Below are positions 17,907 through 27,796 of a DNA stretch of 64,000 bases, piece after piece. The position numbers and the translations under genes were made by a program. Each line of letters starts with the position of its first letter. Positions within the stretch are counted from its first letter, which is position 1. Source of the DNA: an uncultured Muribaculaceae bacterium (GTDB lineage Bacteria > Bacteroidota > Bacteroidia > Bacteroidales > Muribaculaceae); NCBI GenBank assembly GCA_964606575.1, contig CAZSHA010000003.1, positions 7,570 through 71,569 on the forward strand. Direction: 5' to 3'. A model generated the notes under the pieces. That model was not told the DNA's origin. It saw nothing but the letters and a program-made list of their open reading frames with translations, and ran no database searches.

Positions 17907-19592
17907 ATGGCTGACGACAAAAAGGTTATATTCTCAATGGTGGGAGTAAGCAAGATATTCCCTCCACAAAAACAAGTTTTAAAAAATATCTACCTATCAT
18001 TCTTCTATGGAGCTAAAATAGGTATCATCGGCTTAAACGGTTCTGGTAAATCTACTCTTTTGAAGATTATAGCTGGTATAGACAATCAATATCAAGGAGA
18101 AGTAGTTTTCTCACCCGGATATTCTGTAGGCTATTTTGAGCAAGAGCCAAAACTTGACCCTGAAAAAACCGTGAAAGAAATAGTGCAAGAAGGTATGCAA
18201 CCTACGCTTGACCTACTTGCCGAGTTTGATAAAGTGAACGAAAGTTTCGGCGACCCAGACGTTCTTGAAGACCCTGAGAAAATGGATAAGCTCATTGCCC
18301 GTCAAGCCGAACTACAAGACAAGCTAGATGCAATAGATGCATGGAATCTTGACAACAAATTGGAACGGGCTATGGATGCGTTAAGATGCCCACCGGAAGA
18401 CCAGCTTGTAGGCACTCTTTCTGGAGGAGAACGTCGCCGTGTAGCTCTTTGCCGATTATTACTGCAACAACCTGACATCCTTCTACTAGATGAGCCTACC
18501 AACCACCTTGACGCAGAATCTATCGACTGGTTGGAACAGCATTTGCAACAATATCCTGGAACCGTCATAGCAGTAACACACGACCGTTACTTCCTTGACC
18601 ACGTCGCAGGCTGGATTCTTGAGTTAGACCGTGGCGAGGGTATTCCTTGGAAAGGTAACTATTCTTCATGGCTAGACCAGAAGACAAAGAGAATGGCACA
18701 AGAGGAAAAGCAAGCAAGCAAACGCCGCAAGACTCTAGAACGGGAACTTGAATGGGTGCGTATGGCTCCTAAAGCACGACAAGCCAAAGGCAAAGCACGA
18801 CTTTCATCTTATGACAGACTTCTTAACGAAGACCAAAAGGAACGTGAAGAAAAACTTGAAATATTCATCCCTAACGGTCCTCGCCTAGGAAACAAAGTGA
18901 TTGAAGCCCAACACGTAGCTAAAGCGTTTGGAGATAAGGTGTTATTTGACGACCTTAATTTCATGTTGCCACCAAATGGTATTGTAGGCATAATAGGACC
19001 TAACGGAGCAGGAAAGACCACCATGTTCCGCCTTATCATGGGATTGGAAAAAGCCGACAAAGGCACTTTTGACATAGGGGAAACAGTGAAAGTGGCATAC
19101 GTGGATCAAACTCACAAAGATTTACATCCCGAAAGCACAGTTTATCAAGTTCTTTCACAAGGAAATGAAACTTTCCGTATGGGAGGACGTGAAATGAACG
19201 CAAGAGCCTATCTCTCTAAATTCAACTTCACAGGAGCCGACCAAGAGAAAAAAATCGGAATGCTATCGGGTGGTGAACGCAACCGCTTACACTTAGCAAT
19301 GGCACTGAAAGAAGAAGGCAACGTGCTACTACTAGATGAGCCAACCAATGATATTGACGTAAATACATTGAGAGCATTGGAAGAAGGTTTGGAGAACTTT
19401 GCTGGATGTGCCGTAATCATCTCGCACGACCGCTGGTTCTTAGACCGCATCTGCACACACATTCTTGCATTTGAAGGTGATAGCAAGGTATTCTATTACG
19501 AAGGTTCTTATTCCGACTATGAAGAAAACAAAAAGGCTCGATTAGGCGATACAGAACCTCACCGCATAAGATACAAGAAACTAATTGAATAA
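17907..19592 (+). CDS. ettA: ABC-F translational throttle ATPase EttA
   Basis: 561 aa with two ABC cassettes (GLNGSGKST/LSGGERRR and GPNGAGKTT/LSGGERNR). The N-terminus is collinear with E. coli EttA (..VPPxKxxLKNIxLSFFxGAKIG..). Confidence 0.9.
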   Translation: MADDKKVIFSMVGVSKIFPPQKQVLKNIYLSFFYGAKIGIIGLNGSGKSTLLKIIAGIDNQYQGEVVFSPGYSVGYFEQEPKLDPEKTVKEIVQEGMQPTLDLLAEFDKVNESFGDPDVLEDPEKMDKLIARQAELQDKLDAIDAWNLDNKLERAMDALRCPPEDQLVGTLSGGERRRVALCRLLLQQPDILLLDEPTNHLDAESIDWLEQHLQQYPGTVIAVTHDRYFLDHVAGWILELDRGEGIPWKGNYSSWLDQKTKRMAQEEKQASKRRKTLERELEWVRMAPKARQAKGKARLSSYDRLLNEDQKEREEKLEIFIPNGPRLGNKVIEAQHVAKAFGDKVLFDDLNFMLPPNGIVGIIGPNGAGKTTMFRLIMGLEKADKGTFDIGETVKVAYVDQTHKDLHPESTVYQVLSQGNETFRMGGREMNARAYLSKFNFTGADQEKKIGMLSGGERNRLHLAMALKEEGNVLLLDEPTNDIDVNTLRALEEGLENFAGCAVIISHDRWFLDRICTHILAFEGDSKVFYYEGSYSDYEENKKARLGDTEPHRIRYKKLIE

Positions 19593-19616
19593 TACGCTCA
19601 AAACGAATCTATAAAT

Positions 19617-19645
19617 AAAGGCTGTCACCACGACAGCCTTTATCA
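19617..19645 (+). terminator. intrinsic terminator after ettA
   Basis: AAAGGCTGTC-accac-GACAGCCTTT is a 10-bp stem. The T tract is weak. Confidence 0.6.
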
Positions 19646-19758
19646 TTACTTAAATCCTAAAACTAATCCTTATAAAAACACAGTGCAAATATAGTAATTC
19701 ATCCATAAAACACGTGTCTGATTCAAACGGTTCACATCTTAACTTTTTTTTGCACTGT

Positions 19759-19798
19759 ATTACAAATAGAATTTGTAATTTTACAATCGTATTACAAT
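19759..19798 (+). promoter_or_regulatory. phased TTACAA repeats / palindrome: candidate operator upstream of the OmpR-type regulator
   Basis: ATTACAAAT-aga-ATTTGTAAT is a perfect 9-bp inverted repeat (19759-19779). It is followed by TTTACAAT (19780-19787) and ATTACAAT (19791-19798). TTACAA begins at 19760, 19781 and 19792, giving 21- and 11-nt spacing. Confidence 0.4.
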
Positions 19799-19813
19799 AT
19801 AGTGACATGAGAT

Positions 19814-20536
19814 ATGGGAACTAGAATTCTTATTGTTGATGACGAACACGAAATTTGCGAGATTTTAAAATACAATCTCCAAATAGAGGGCTACGAAGTT
19901 GACGTAGCTTATAGCGCAACCGAAGCCCTTAGCTATAATCTTGCATCTTATTCATTAATTATCTTGGATATAATGATGAATAACATTAACGGATTTGAAT
20001 TAGCAAAACGTTTGAAAAACGACCCTAGCACCGAGTTTATACCTATCATATTCTGCTCAGCTCTAAGTGGAGAAGACGAGCATATAATGGGGCTTAACAT
20101 CGGAGCTGACGATTATATTACCAAACCATTTCGTACTCGTGAGGTTATAGCCAGAGTGAGAAGCGTGCTTAGACGTTCTAATGTTACAAAAATATTAACA
20201 AGCCAACGCCAAGCCGCATCACACAACAATTTCGCACCCGATTTGAGTTACCGTACGTTACGCATTGACCAAAACACAAAACAATGCTACATAAACGGAA
20301 CGCCTATCAATCTCACAAAGACTGAATATGAATTGCTGGTGTTCTTCTTGACACATAAAAACAGCATTTACACAAGAAAAGAGTTGCTTCTTAAAATATG
20401 GGACAACTCTACCAATGTTTCCAACCGTACAATTGACACCAACATAACCCGACTTCGCAAGAAGCTAGGAGATTATGGAAGTTGCATAACTACACGTCTT
20501 GGCTATGGATATGGATTTCAAGAAGTTATTATATGA
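19814..20536 (+). CDS. OmpR/PhoB-family response regulator
   Basis: The receiver reads RILIVDDEHEI...LDIMM. The winged helix reads LTKTEYELLVFFL...RTIDTNITRLRKKL. Confidence 0.9.
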   Translation: MGTRILIVDDEHEICEILKYNLQIEGYEVDVAYSATEALSYNLASYSLIILDIMMNNINGFELAKRLKNDPSTEFIPIIFCSALSGEDEHIMGLNIGADDYITKPFRTREVIARVRSVLRRSNVTKILTSQRQAASHNNFAPDLSYRTLRIDQNTKQCYINGTPINLTKTEYELLVFFLTHKNSIYTRKELLLKIWDNSTNVSNRTIDTNITRLRKKLGDYGSCITTRLGYGYGFQEVII

Positions 20537-20537
20537 G

Positions 20538-22004
20538 ATGCCTAATAGGTTCTTTTATCTCATCATAACTGTTTTTTGGCTTGTCATTGGCTCGCTCATC
20601 TTCTTGTACTGGAACAAATATTCAGCAACCAACTTCAATACGGCAAGAAAACAAATACAGATTGTAAACAATTATATGCTTACAATCAACCCCGATGACA
20701 CCACACGATTGATCACATCATCGGAGGCTCTTATCAACAACAATAATGAAACTCCTATTGACAAGTTGTTTTATACCATATACGACACAAAGGGAGATGT
20801 GTTATTCTCCAACACCAACTCAAAAAAGAATCTGAAAGTACCTTCTATAGACAAACTTAACGCAGTAGTTAAAGAAGGTACTACATTCTATCAGAGCAAA
20901 TATAGAACTTATTATGACCCCGTTCTGCAACAAGAATGCCTAATCACATCAACTTACTCACCCAAAGCAGGCAGAATTATTGTATCGGAAGCGCCAATCA
21001 AAGACATATTAAGCCTTAACAACTTCATAACTAAATTTTCAATAGAACTTATTATAATCATAGTATTATCAATCTTGGGAGTAATTTGCATCATAATGCT
21101 ACACAAGCATTTAAGCAATATAGCACGTGTGAAGAAACATCTGAATATACTAAAAGAGAAAAATGATATTATAGAATACAGAGATAGATACAAAAGCGAT
21201 ATAAATGACATACTCCATGATTTATACGCCATTTACAAAACTAAAATCAACATAATCGAACAAAAAGATAAAGAGCGGGAAAAATCTATATTAGACGAGA
21301 AAAACAGACTGCACTCAAAACGAATGCTCGCCAACAATCTAAATCATGAAATTAAAACACCTATCGGCATAATTATAGGTTACCTAGATACGCTTATCAA
21401 CCATCCTAGCATAGACAACAGCACAAAAACACAATTCTTGAAAAAATGCCTTTTCAATGCACAACGCCTTCAAAATATGGTGGTTAACATTGCTATGATC
21501 AACCGCATTGAGGACGGAAGCAGTTCTATTGCATTAGAGGAAACTAATATATGGGAAATAGCCAACCTTGTAAAAGAAGACTTAAAGTTCACTATATCAG
21601 AGAACAATATGGCATTCTCAATATCCGTAGAACCAGACACATACGTGATGTCAAACGAGATGCTGCTATATAATATCCTCAGCAACCTAGTTAAAAACAG
21701 CTGTTTATATTCAGGAGGAACTAATATAACACTTAAAACCGTCAAGACAACCGAATCTATTATAACCTTCTCATTCAGCGATAATGGAAAAGGTGTCCCA
21801 GCTGAAGCCATACCAAGACTTTTCGACCGCTTCTATAGACTTGAGCAAGACAAAAGCATGCTACACGGCACAGGGCTTGGATTGCCTATCGTAAAAGAAT
21901 CTATCAACTTATGCGGTGGAAATATAAGCGTTGATAACCGTATAGGTGGCGGACTTGAATACACATTCTCATTGCCGATAACATATAATTCCCTCTCCGA
22001 ATAA
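20538..22004 (+). CDS. sensor histidine kinase (HisKA + HATPase_c), partner of the upstream regulator
   Basis: It has two TM segments, the H-box LNHEIKTPIGII and the G-boxes DNGKGV and GTGLGLPIV. I chose the start ATG at 20538, 2 nt after the regulator stop, over the overlapping ATG at 20499. Confidence 0.85.
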   Translation: MPNRFFYLIITVFWLVIGSLIFLYWNKYSATNFNTARKQIQIVNNYMLTINPDDTTRLITSSEALINNNNETPIDKLFYTIYDTKGDVLFSNTNSKKNLKVPSIDKLNAVVKEGTTFYQSKYRTYYDPVLQQECLITSTYSPKAGRIIVSEAPIKDILSLNNFITKFSIELIIIIVLSILGVICIIMLHKHLSNIARVKKHLNILKEKNDIIEYRDRYKSDINDILHDLYAIYKTKINIIEQKDKEREKSILDEKNRLHSKRMLANNLNHEIKTPIGIIIGYLDTLINHPSIDNSTKTQFLKKCLFNAQRLQNMVVNIAMINRIEDGSSSIALEETNIWEIANLVKEDLKFTISENNMAFSISVEPDTYVMSNEMLLYNILSNLVKNSCLYSGGTNITLKTVKTTESIITFSFSDNGKGVPAEAIPRLFDRFYRLEQDKSMLHGTGLGLPIVKESINLCGGNISVDNRIGGGLEYTFSLPITYNSLSE

Positions 22005-22015
22005 TGAGGTTTGCT

Positions 22016-22942
22016 TTAATCGCAACGCTCACTTCCTTGGCGAGTGGAAGTAGAACGTATTTTATTCATCAACAAGTTAGTAAATTCATAATTTTTCAAT
22101 CCCCAACGCGGTGATACAAGCAAATGTTCTGGAGATTGAGAAACAAAACGCTCAACAGCAATCCGAGGTGACAACCGACGCAAAAACGCCAAGCAAACAT
22201 CAATATATTCTTCAGCGCTCCATTGCATCACCCTAACTTCTCCATTCACAACCTGGCTCATTAATTTCGTGCCTTTTATCAACTGCATTTGATGTAATTT
22301 CACAGTATCAATCGGCAAATGCGACACGGCATCAGCTGTGCTTAATATATCGCTTATATCCTCATTTGGCAGTCCTAAAATCAAATGTATTCCACATAAA
22401 ATACCATGCGATTTTGTACGATTAACAGCATCAACTGCATCTTCCCACAAATGTCCCCTATTTATCACCTTCAAGGTATCATTTTTTGAACTTTCCACAC
22501 CATACTCTACAAGCACGAAACACCTCTCGCACAAGTTTTCTAGGTAATCCAACAATTCCTCGGGCATACAATCGGGACGTGTACCTATTACCAATCCCAC
22601 AACATCATCAACAGCCAAAGCCTCTTCATAAAGCGCTTTCAACCTTGATATTTCTGCATAAGTATTGGTATAAGCCTGAAAATAAGCGAGATATTTCATT
22701 TGCGGATATTTTCGAGAAAAAAAACGCTTTCCTTCTTCCAATTGCTCCGCTACGCTTTTTATAGGTTTGCAGTAATCAGGGTTAAATGTCTGATTATTGC
22801 AATAAGTACATCCCCCAACGCCCTTTTTCCCATCACGGTTAGGACATGTGAACCCCGCATTTACCGAAATTTTTTGAACCTTATAAGGAAAATGGCGGCC
22901 TAAAAATTCAGAAAAATCGTAATAACCCTTTTCTTCACTCAC
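22016..22942 (-). CDS. TIGR01212 (YhcC)-family radical SAM protein
   Basis: The sequence [24 protein letters not shown] is typical of this family. 308 aa. Confidence 0.8.
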   Translation of the reverse strand: MSEEKGYYDFSEFLGRHFPYKVQKISVNAGFTCPNRDGKKGVGGCTYCNNQTFNPDYCKPIKSVAEQLEEGKRFFSRKYPQMKYLAYFQAYTNTYAEISRLKALYEEALAVDDVVGLVIGTRPDCMPEELLDYLENLCERCFVLVEYGVESSKNDTLKVINRGHLWEDAVDAVNRTKSHGILCGIHLILGLPNEDISDILSTADAVSHLPIDTVKLHQMQLIKGTKLMSQVVNGEVRVMQWSAEEYIDVCLAFLRRLSPRIAVERFVSQSPEHLLVSPRWGLKNYEFTNLLMNKIRSTSTRQGSERCD

Positions 22943-24015
22943 AGCTTTGTTGCCTTATTCATCAAATAATTGTCTAATAGCACCATCGCCGTCATAGCCT
23001 CTACTATAGGCACAGCACGAGGCAACACGCATGGATCATGGCGACCCTTGGCATGCAACACTATACTATTGCCATCGGCATCAATCGTATCTACTTCACG
23101 CAACAACGTAGCTACCGGTTTAAATGCTACTCTAAAATAAACATCCTCACCGTTTGATATTCCGCCTTGTATTCCGCCAGAATTATTGGTCAAGGTAGAC
23201 ACTACTCCATCCTTAGCAACAAAAGCATCGTTCACCTCACTGCCACGTTTCTCTGCAAAATCAAAACCTAATCCATATTCAAATCCTTTAACCGCATTTA
23301 TGCTAAGCATAGCAGCACCCAATTGAGCATGCAACTTACCAAACACAGGCTCACCTAGACCAACAGGAACTCCTTTAGCCACACATGTAATCACGCCTCC
23401 AATGGTGTCACCCTCTTTCTTAACCTCGCTTATAAGCTCTATCATATCATTAGCCCTAGCGGCATCTGGGCAACGCACAATATTTGTTTCAATATTAGAC
23501 TTGTCATAAAGCCTATAATCATTTTCCAATTTAATATGTCCCACCTGTGATGTGTAAGCATACACATCTATTCCCAATTGTTCCAAGGCTTGGCGTGCAA
23601 ATGCCCCTGCAACTACACGGGCTGCCGTTTCACGTGCCGACGAACGGCCTCCACCACGATAATCACGAATACCATACTTTGATGTATAAGTATAATCAGC
23701 ATGGGAGGGACGGAAAGCATCCTTTATATTAGAATAATCATTTGAATGTTGATTATTATTCTCAATAACAAAACCAATCGACGTACCAGTTGTTACCCCA
23801 TCAAACACGCCCGATAGTATTTTCACCTTATCGCTCTCGTTACGTGCTGTAACAATTGACGACTGACCTGGACGACGCCGATCCAATTCTTGTTGCACAC
23901 GCTCCACATCTATACTAACTCCAGCAGGCATTCCATCGATCACACCACCTATAGCAGTGCCATGTGATTCTCCGAAGCTAGTCAAACTGTATATCGTTCC
24001 TATTCTATTTCTCAT
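22939..24015 (-). CDS. aroC: chorismate synthase
   Basis: The N-terminus is [19 protein letters not shown], and [14 protein letters not shown] is present. 358 aa. Confidence 0.93.
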   Translation of the reverse strand: MRNRIGTIYSLTSFGESHGTAIGGVIDGMPAGVSIDVERVQQELDRRRPGQSSIVTARNESDKVKILSGVFDGVTTGTSIGFVIENNNQHSNDYSNIKDAFRPSHADYTYTSKYGIRDYRGGGRSSARETAARVVAGAFARQALEQLGIDVYAYTSQVGHIKLENDYRLYDKSNIETNIVRCPDAARANDMIELISEVKKEGDTIGGVITCVAKGVPVGLGEPVFGKLHAQLGAAMLSINAVKGFEYGLGFDFAEKRGSEVNDAFVAKDGVVSTLTNNSGGIQGGISNGEDVYFRVAFKPVATLLREVDTIDADGNSIVLHAKGRHDPCVLPRAVPIVEAMTAMVLLDNYLMNKATKL

Positions 24016-24026
24016 CAGAATGTATT

Positions 24027-24512
24027 TTATTCATTATCTGTAAGGTCGGCTAGTTCAGCACGCACATATTCGACAAGTTCTTTAGGACTTATCTTCAACT
24101 GCAAACCTCTAACGCCAGCACTCACATATATATATTCAAACTGTTCACACGAATTATTAAAATATGTCGGAAAAGCCTTTTTCATTCCGACAGGAGAACA
24201 ACCGCCCCTGATATATCCAGTTGTTGGAAGTAATTCCTTCATTGGAATTAAATCTGCTTTCTTATTACCGCTCACCTTAGCCGCTTTTTTCAAGTTCACT
24301 TCCTCGTCACCGGGTATAACACAAACGAAATATCCATTTTTATCGCCACGTAGCACTAATGTTTTAAACACTTGCTTGATATTCTCGCCCAACTGTTCAG
24401 CTATATGCGTAGCAGCTAAGTCGTTTTCATCAACCACGTATGGCACCAACTCATACTTTATCTTAGCCTTATCAAGCAACCTTGCCACATTTGTTTTGTT
24501 TATCCCTGCCAT
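24027..24512 (-). CDS. ybaK: Cys-tRNA(Pro)/Cys-tRNA(Cys) deacylase YbaK
   Basis: [23 protein letters not shown]... is a YbaK-type N-terminus. The longer track form (start at 24548) cannot be excluded. Confidence 0.75.
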   Translation of the reverse strand: MAGINKTNVARLLDKAKIKYELVPYVVDENDLAATHIAEQLGENIKQVFKTLVLRGDKNGYFVCVIPGDEEVNLKKAAKVSGNKKADLIPMKELLPTTGYIRGGCSPVGMKKAFPTYFNNSCEQFEYIYVSAGVRGLQLKISPKELVEYVRAELADLTDNE

Positions 24513-24594
24513 ATCACAAGCAATAAAGCACTTTTTATTAATAAACATATTAATCTAATTGCAAAAATAACTATTTAATTATAAATATACATCA

Positions 24595-24624
24595 CAAAAA
24601 AGCCGCACTTTGCAAAAGTGCGGC
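24595..24624 (-). terminator. intrinsic terminator downstream of rho
   Basis: The minus-strand RNA reads GCCGCACUUUUGCAAAGUGCGGC followed by UUUUUU. The plus strand shows an A-run at 24595-24601 followed by gccgcac...gtgcggc. Confidence 0.8.
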
Positions 24625-24659
24625 ATATTCAACTATATAAAACTATCAATATTCGTTTT

Positions 24660-26687
24660 CTAGTCATTCATTGTGAGAAGCAATTCCTCATTTGAGCGAG
24701 TCCGCTCCATTTTATCTTTGATGAACTCCATCGCTTCCAACGATGTGCGGTCTCCTAAGAATCGACGAAGAATCCACATTCGGTTCAAAGTGTCTTGATT
24801 CAACAGCAAGTCGTCACGTCGAGTGCTTGAAGCAATAATATCTACAGCCGGGAATATGCGTTTATTAGACAACTTGCGATCAAGTTGAAGTTCCATATTA
24901 CCAGTTCCCTTAAATTCTTCAAAAATTACTTCATCCATCTTAGAGCCTGTTTCTATTAGGGCTGTAGCTATTATAGTCAAACTACCTCCATTCTCAATGT
25001 TACGGGCAGCACCAAAGAAACGTTTTGGGCGTTGAAGCGCATTAGCATCAACACCCCCCGAAAGGATCTTGCCCGATGCAGGAGAAACAGTATTATAGGC
25101 ACGTGCCAATCGTGTTATTGAGTCAAGCAGAATCACTACATCATGACCACATTCCACCATGCGTTTAGCCTTTTCAAGAACCAATCCAGCAATCTTCACA
25201 TGGCGTTCTGCAGGTTCATCAAATGTAGATGCGATAACCTCGGCATTAACGCTCCTAGCCATGTCGGTCACTTCCTCTGGGCGCTCGTCTATCAATAGAA
25301 TCATCATGTAAGTATCAGGATGATTTTCCGCAATAGCATTAGCTATATCTTTTAGCAACACTGTCTTACCAGTCTTAGGAGGGGCAACAATCAAGCCGCG
25401 TTGTCCTTTTCCTATTGGAGCAAACATATCAACCACACGAGTAGACAAGTTACATGTTTTTCCGCTTGTCAAATCAAATTTTTCGTCTGGGAACAACGGC
25501 ACTAAATGCTCAAAAGGAATACGGTCACGAATAAATTCAGGAGTTCTTCCGTTAACTGACTCTATACGGCTCAACGGGAAATATTTCTCCCCTTCTTTGG
25601 GTGGACGTATAAAACCCTCAACCACATCACCAGTTTTCAAACCATTATTCTTTATTTGCGATTGCGACACATATATGTCATCTGGCGAAGTTAAATAATT
25701 ATAGTCGCTTGAACGTAAGAATCCATAACCGTCAGGCATAACCTCTAGCACGCCTACACCTTTCAAGATTCCGTCAAAGATAAACGTTTCCTCTTGTTGA
25801 GTTGGTTGTTCCTGCGTTTGTTGTTGCTTTTGTTGCTGTTTTTTCTTTTTATTGTTTTTAGATTGTGGAGCAACTGGTTCTGGCTGAGGTGTTGGCTCTT
25901 TTATTATTATCGTTGCCTTAGCCGCCTTCTCTGCCGCTTCTCTCTCTGCCGCTTCACGTTCTTGGCGAGAGCGAGGAGTAAACGTTTTTCGCTCGGCTGT
26001 ATTGAAGAACATACCCAATGAGAACTCAGGCTTTTTCACTTCTGCCACTTGTTCCTTCTTTTCTTCATCCGCAACTTCAGACTTAGCAGGTTCTTCTTGT
26101 ATTGCCTTTGCTTCAGTTTCTACGGTTGCTATATCTTGCGCCAAATCTTCTTTTATTGGTTCAACTTGATTTTCAACCTCAACAACAGGCTCTGCAACCG
26201 ATTCCGATTGAGCTGGCAATGTTTCCGGTTCTACGCTCTTAGCATTTTCAGGAATCGATAAGATATTTTCAGCCCCACGGACAAATCTCTTACGCTTTTC
26301 TTTTTTAGGCTTCAACTCACCTTCCATCACTGTTTGCGAAGAAACATTCTGTTGTTCGTCATCCGCAGTTGACACCGCTGGTTGCGTTCCTGTTACTGCA
26401 ACACTTTCGGCTGGTTTGTCTTCTTTCAACGTTTCCGATGCCTGCAAAGACTCTTCCCGCTTGCCGTCAGCTTGTTTATTTTGCTTCTCGGCAGGTTTTC
26501 TTCCTCTTTGTTTTTTTACAGCGACTTTAGCAACCGATGCTTTCGAACGGTCTATTGCCTGTTGATCAAGAATCTTATAAATCAGCTCATCCTTTTCTAT
26601 CGAATCTAACTTATTTAGTCCCATAGACTCAGCTATAGCTTTCAATTCAGATTCTTCTTTAGAGCTTAATTCTGAAATATTATACAT
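24660..26687 (-). CDS. rho: transcription termination factor Rho with a ~254-aa low-complexity insertion
   Basis: Domain order: an N-terminal helix bundle (aa 1-46), a K/E/Q/A-rich insertion (aa 47-300), the OB fold [15 protein letters not shown], and a RecA core with Walker A APPKTGKT. Confidence 0.95.
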   Translation of the reverse strand: MYNISELSSKEESELKAIAESMGLNKLDSIEKDELIYKILDQQAIDRSKASVAKVAVKKQRGRKPAEKQNKQADGKREESLQASETLKEDKPAESVAVTGTQPAVSTADDEQQNVSSQTVMEGELKPKKEKRKRFVRGAENILSIPENAKSVEPETLPAQSESVAEPVVEVENQVEPIKEDLAQDIATVETEAKAIQEEPAKSEVADEEKKEQVAEVKKPEFSLGMFFNTAERKTFTPRSRQEREAAEREAAEKAAKATIIIKEPTPQPEPVAPQSKNNKKKKQQQKQQQTQEQPTQQEETFIFDGILKGVGVLEVMPDGYGFLRSSDYNYLTSPDDIYVSQSQIKNNGLKTGDVVEGFIRPPKEGEKYFPLSRIESVNGRTPEFIRDRIPFEHLVPLFPDEKFDLTSGKTCNLSTRVVDMFAPIGKGQRGLIVAPPKTGKTVLLKDIANAIAENHPDTYMMILLIDERPEEVTDMARSVNAEVIASTFDEPAERHVKIAGLVLEKAKRMVECGHDVVILLDSITRLARAYNTVSPASGKILSGGVDANALQRPKRFFGAARNIENGGSLTIIATALIETGSKMDEVIFEEFKGTGNMELQLDRKLSNKRIFPAVDIIASSTRRDDLLLNQDTLNRMWILRRFLGDRTSLEAMEFIKDKMERTRSNEELLLTMND

Positions 26688-26852
26688 AGATTTATATTAG
26701 TGAATTCATTTTTTGTATTGGAGCAATCTCAAACACCCCAAGACAGAATACATTTTCTAAATGTAAGCTAAAATTGAATATCAGAAATTTAATGGATTGC
26801 CATTGCCACCGTCATTGTGCAACGATTGGCAACGTTTTTTTGAAATCGGGAA

Positions 26853-26860
26853 CAAATTTA
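26853..26860 (-). promoter_or_regulatory. candidate -7 promoter box (TAAATTTG) for rho
   Basis: The plus strand reads caaattta. It would give a leader of about 160 nt. A second identical box lies at 26880-26887. Confidence 0.3.
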
Positions 26861-26964
26861 CAACTTTTTATTTTAAAAACAAATTTATATTAAAAAAGTT
26901 TCGGCGATTATGCCAAACGATAAATTTATAGCTACATTTTATTGCTTTTATCAAGTATTTCATA

Positions 26965-26972
26965 TATTTTTG
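26965..26972 (+). promoter_or_regulatory. -7 promoter box (TATTTTTG) for the plus-strand arm of the caspase/CHASE2 cluster
   Basis: TAnnTTTG match about 90 nt upstream of the ATG at 27063. Confidence 0.35.
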
Positions 26973-27062
26973 TAATAGAAATAGTAGATTTAACAGCACA
27001 CAACATAAAAACAAACATATAGAGAGAAAATTAAATTTAATAATAATTAAACACTATTTATC

Positions 27063-27686
27063 ATGTTAAGGACTAAATTAACTGCTATCTTATTAGCAAT
27101 CGTTTTTGCATTTTCAGGAGCAGGCGTAACTACAGTATACGCTCAAAAAATCTCAAAAGAAGCCAAGAAAGAGGCTAAACGCTTAAAGAAAGAAGGTTGG
27201 ACTATCATCGCTGGCGGCATTCCTCTAGAACGACAAATGGATCGCACTATGGCATTACGCGAAGAGCTTAATGAAGATAACTTTCCTAAATACTTGTTCG
27301 GTGTGGGTCAAAGCGTAGCCGAAGCCTACGATGCTGCTAGAATGCAAGCTACTGAAGTTGCAAAGCAAGACCTCGCAAAGCAAATCCAAACCGAGTTGAC
27401 TTCGGAGATAAAGAGTACCATAGCCAACAACCAAATCAGTCCAGAAGAGGCTGCTACGGCTGTTGAAGTGATTGAAGCTAGCCGCAGCCTTATCACGCAA
27501 AGCATAGGTAGAGTCTTGATTATCACCGACATTTATCGTACTCTAGAAAACAAGAACATTGAAGTGCTAATCCGTATCGCCTACGACTCTAACAACATCA
27601 AGAAACTTGCGAAGCAAGCTATTCGTAACGATATGAGAAAAAGAGGCAACAACATGCACAAAAAACTTGAAGAAATATTGAAATAA
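27063..27686 (+). CDS. exported LPP20-like protein
   Basis: The signal peptide is MLRTKLTAILLAIVFAFSGAGVTTVYAQ. The core GVGQSVAEAYDAARMQATEVAKQDLAKQIQTELTSEIKS resembles LPP20-family lipoproteins. This is a similarity judged from memory. Confidence 0.5.
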   Translation: MLRTKLTAILLAIVFAFSGAGVTTVYAQKISKEAKKEAKRLKKEGWTIIAGGIPLERQMDRTMALREELNEDNFPKYLFGVGQSVAEAYDAARMQATEVAKQDLAKQIQTELTSEIKSTIANNQISPEEAATAVEVIEASRSLITQSIGRVLIITDIYRTLENKNIEVLIRIAYDSNNIKKLAKQAIRNDMRKRGNNMHKKLEEILK

Positions 27687-27796
27687 TTCTATACAGCAGG
27701 TAATTAGTTGTGCCTGTGCTGATTCGGCTAGGCACAACTATTATAACTTTTAAGGATTTGTTTTTCTCCATCAGACTAACACTTATTTTTCACAAC

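Noticed and set aside
19680-19758. 10-bp perfect inverted repeat ACAGTGCAAA / TTTGCACTGT flanking ~59 bp upstream of the response regulator; considered as an invertible promoter switch
   Set aside because: The segment is much shorter than known Bacteroides invertible promoters, and there is no site-specific recombinase gene anywhere in the window. I cannot exclude a regulatory hairpin or a protein-binding site.
25794-26609. Three plus-strand ORFs (75, 70 and 75 aa) that are rich in L/F/C/R
   Set aside because: They are antisense shadows of the K/E/Q-rich low-complexity insertion of rho. They show no start context and a nonsense composition.
26795-26841. Plus-strand hairpin TTGCCA-(loop)-TGGCAA followed by T7 in the rho upstream region; considered as a terminator or sRNA end
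   Set aside because: Nothing is transcribed towards it on the plus strand, since rho is on the opposite strand. It more likely represents structure within the long rho 5' leader when read on the minus strand, and the evidence is too weak to call.
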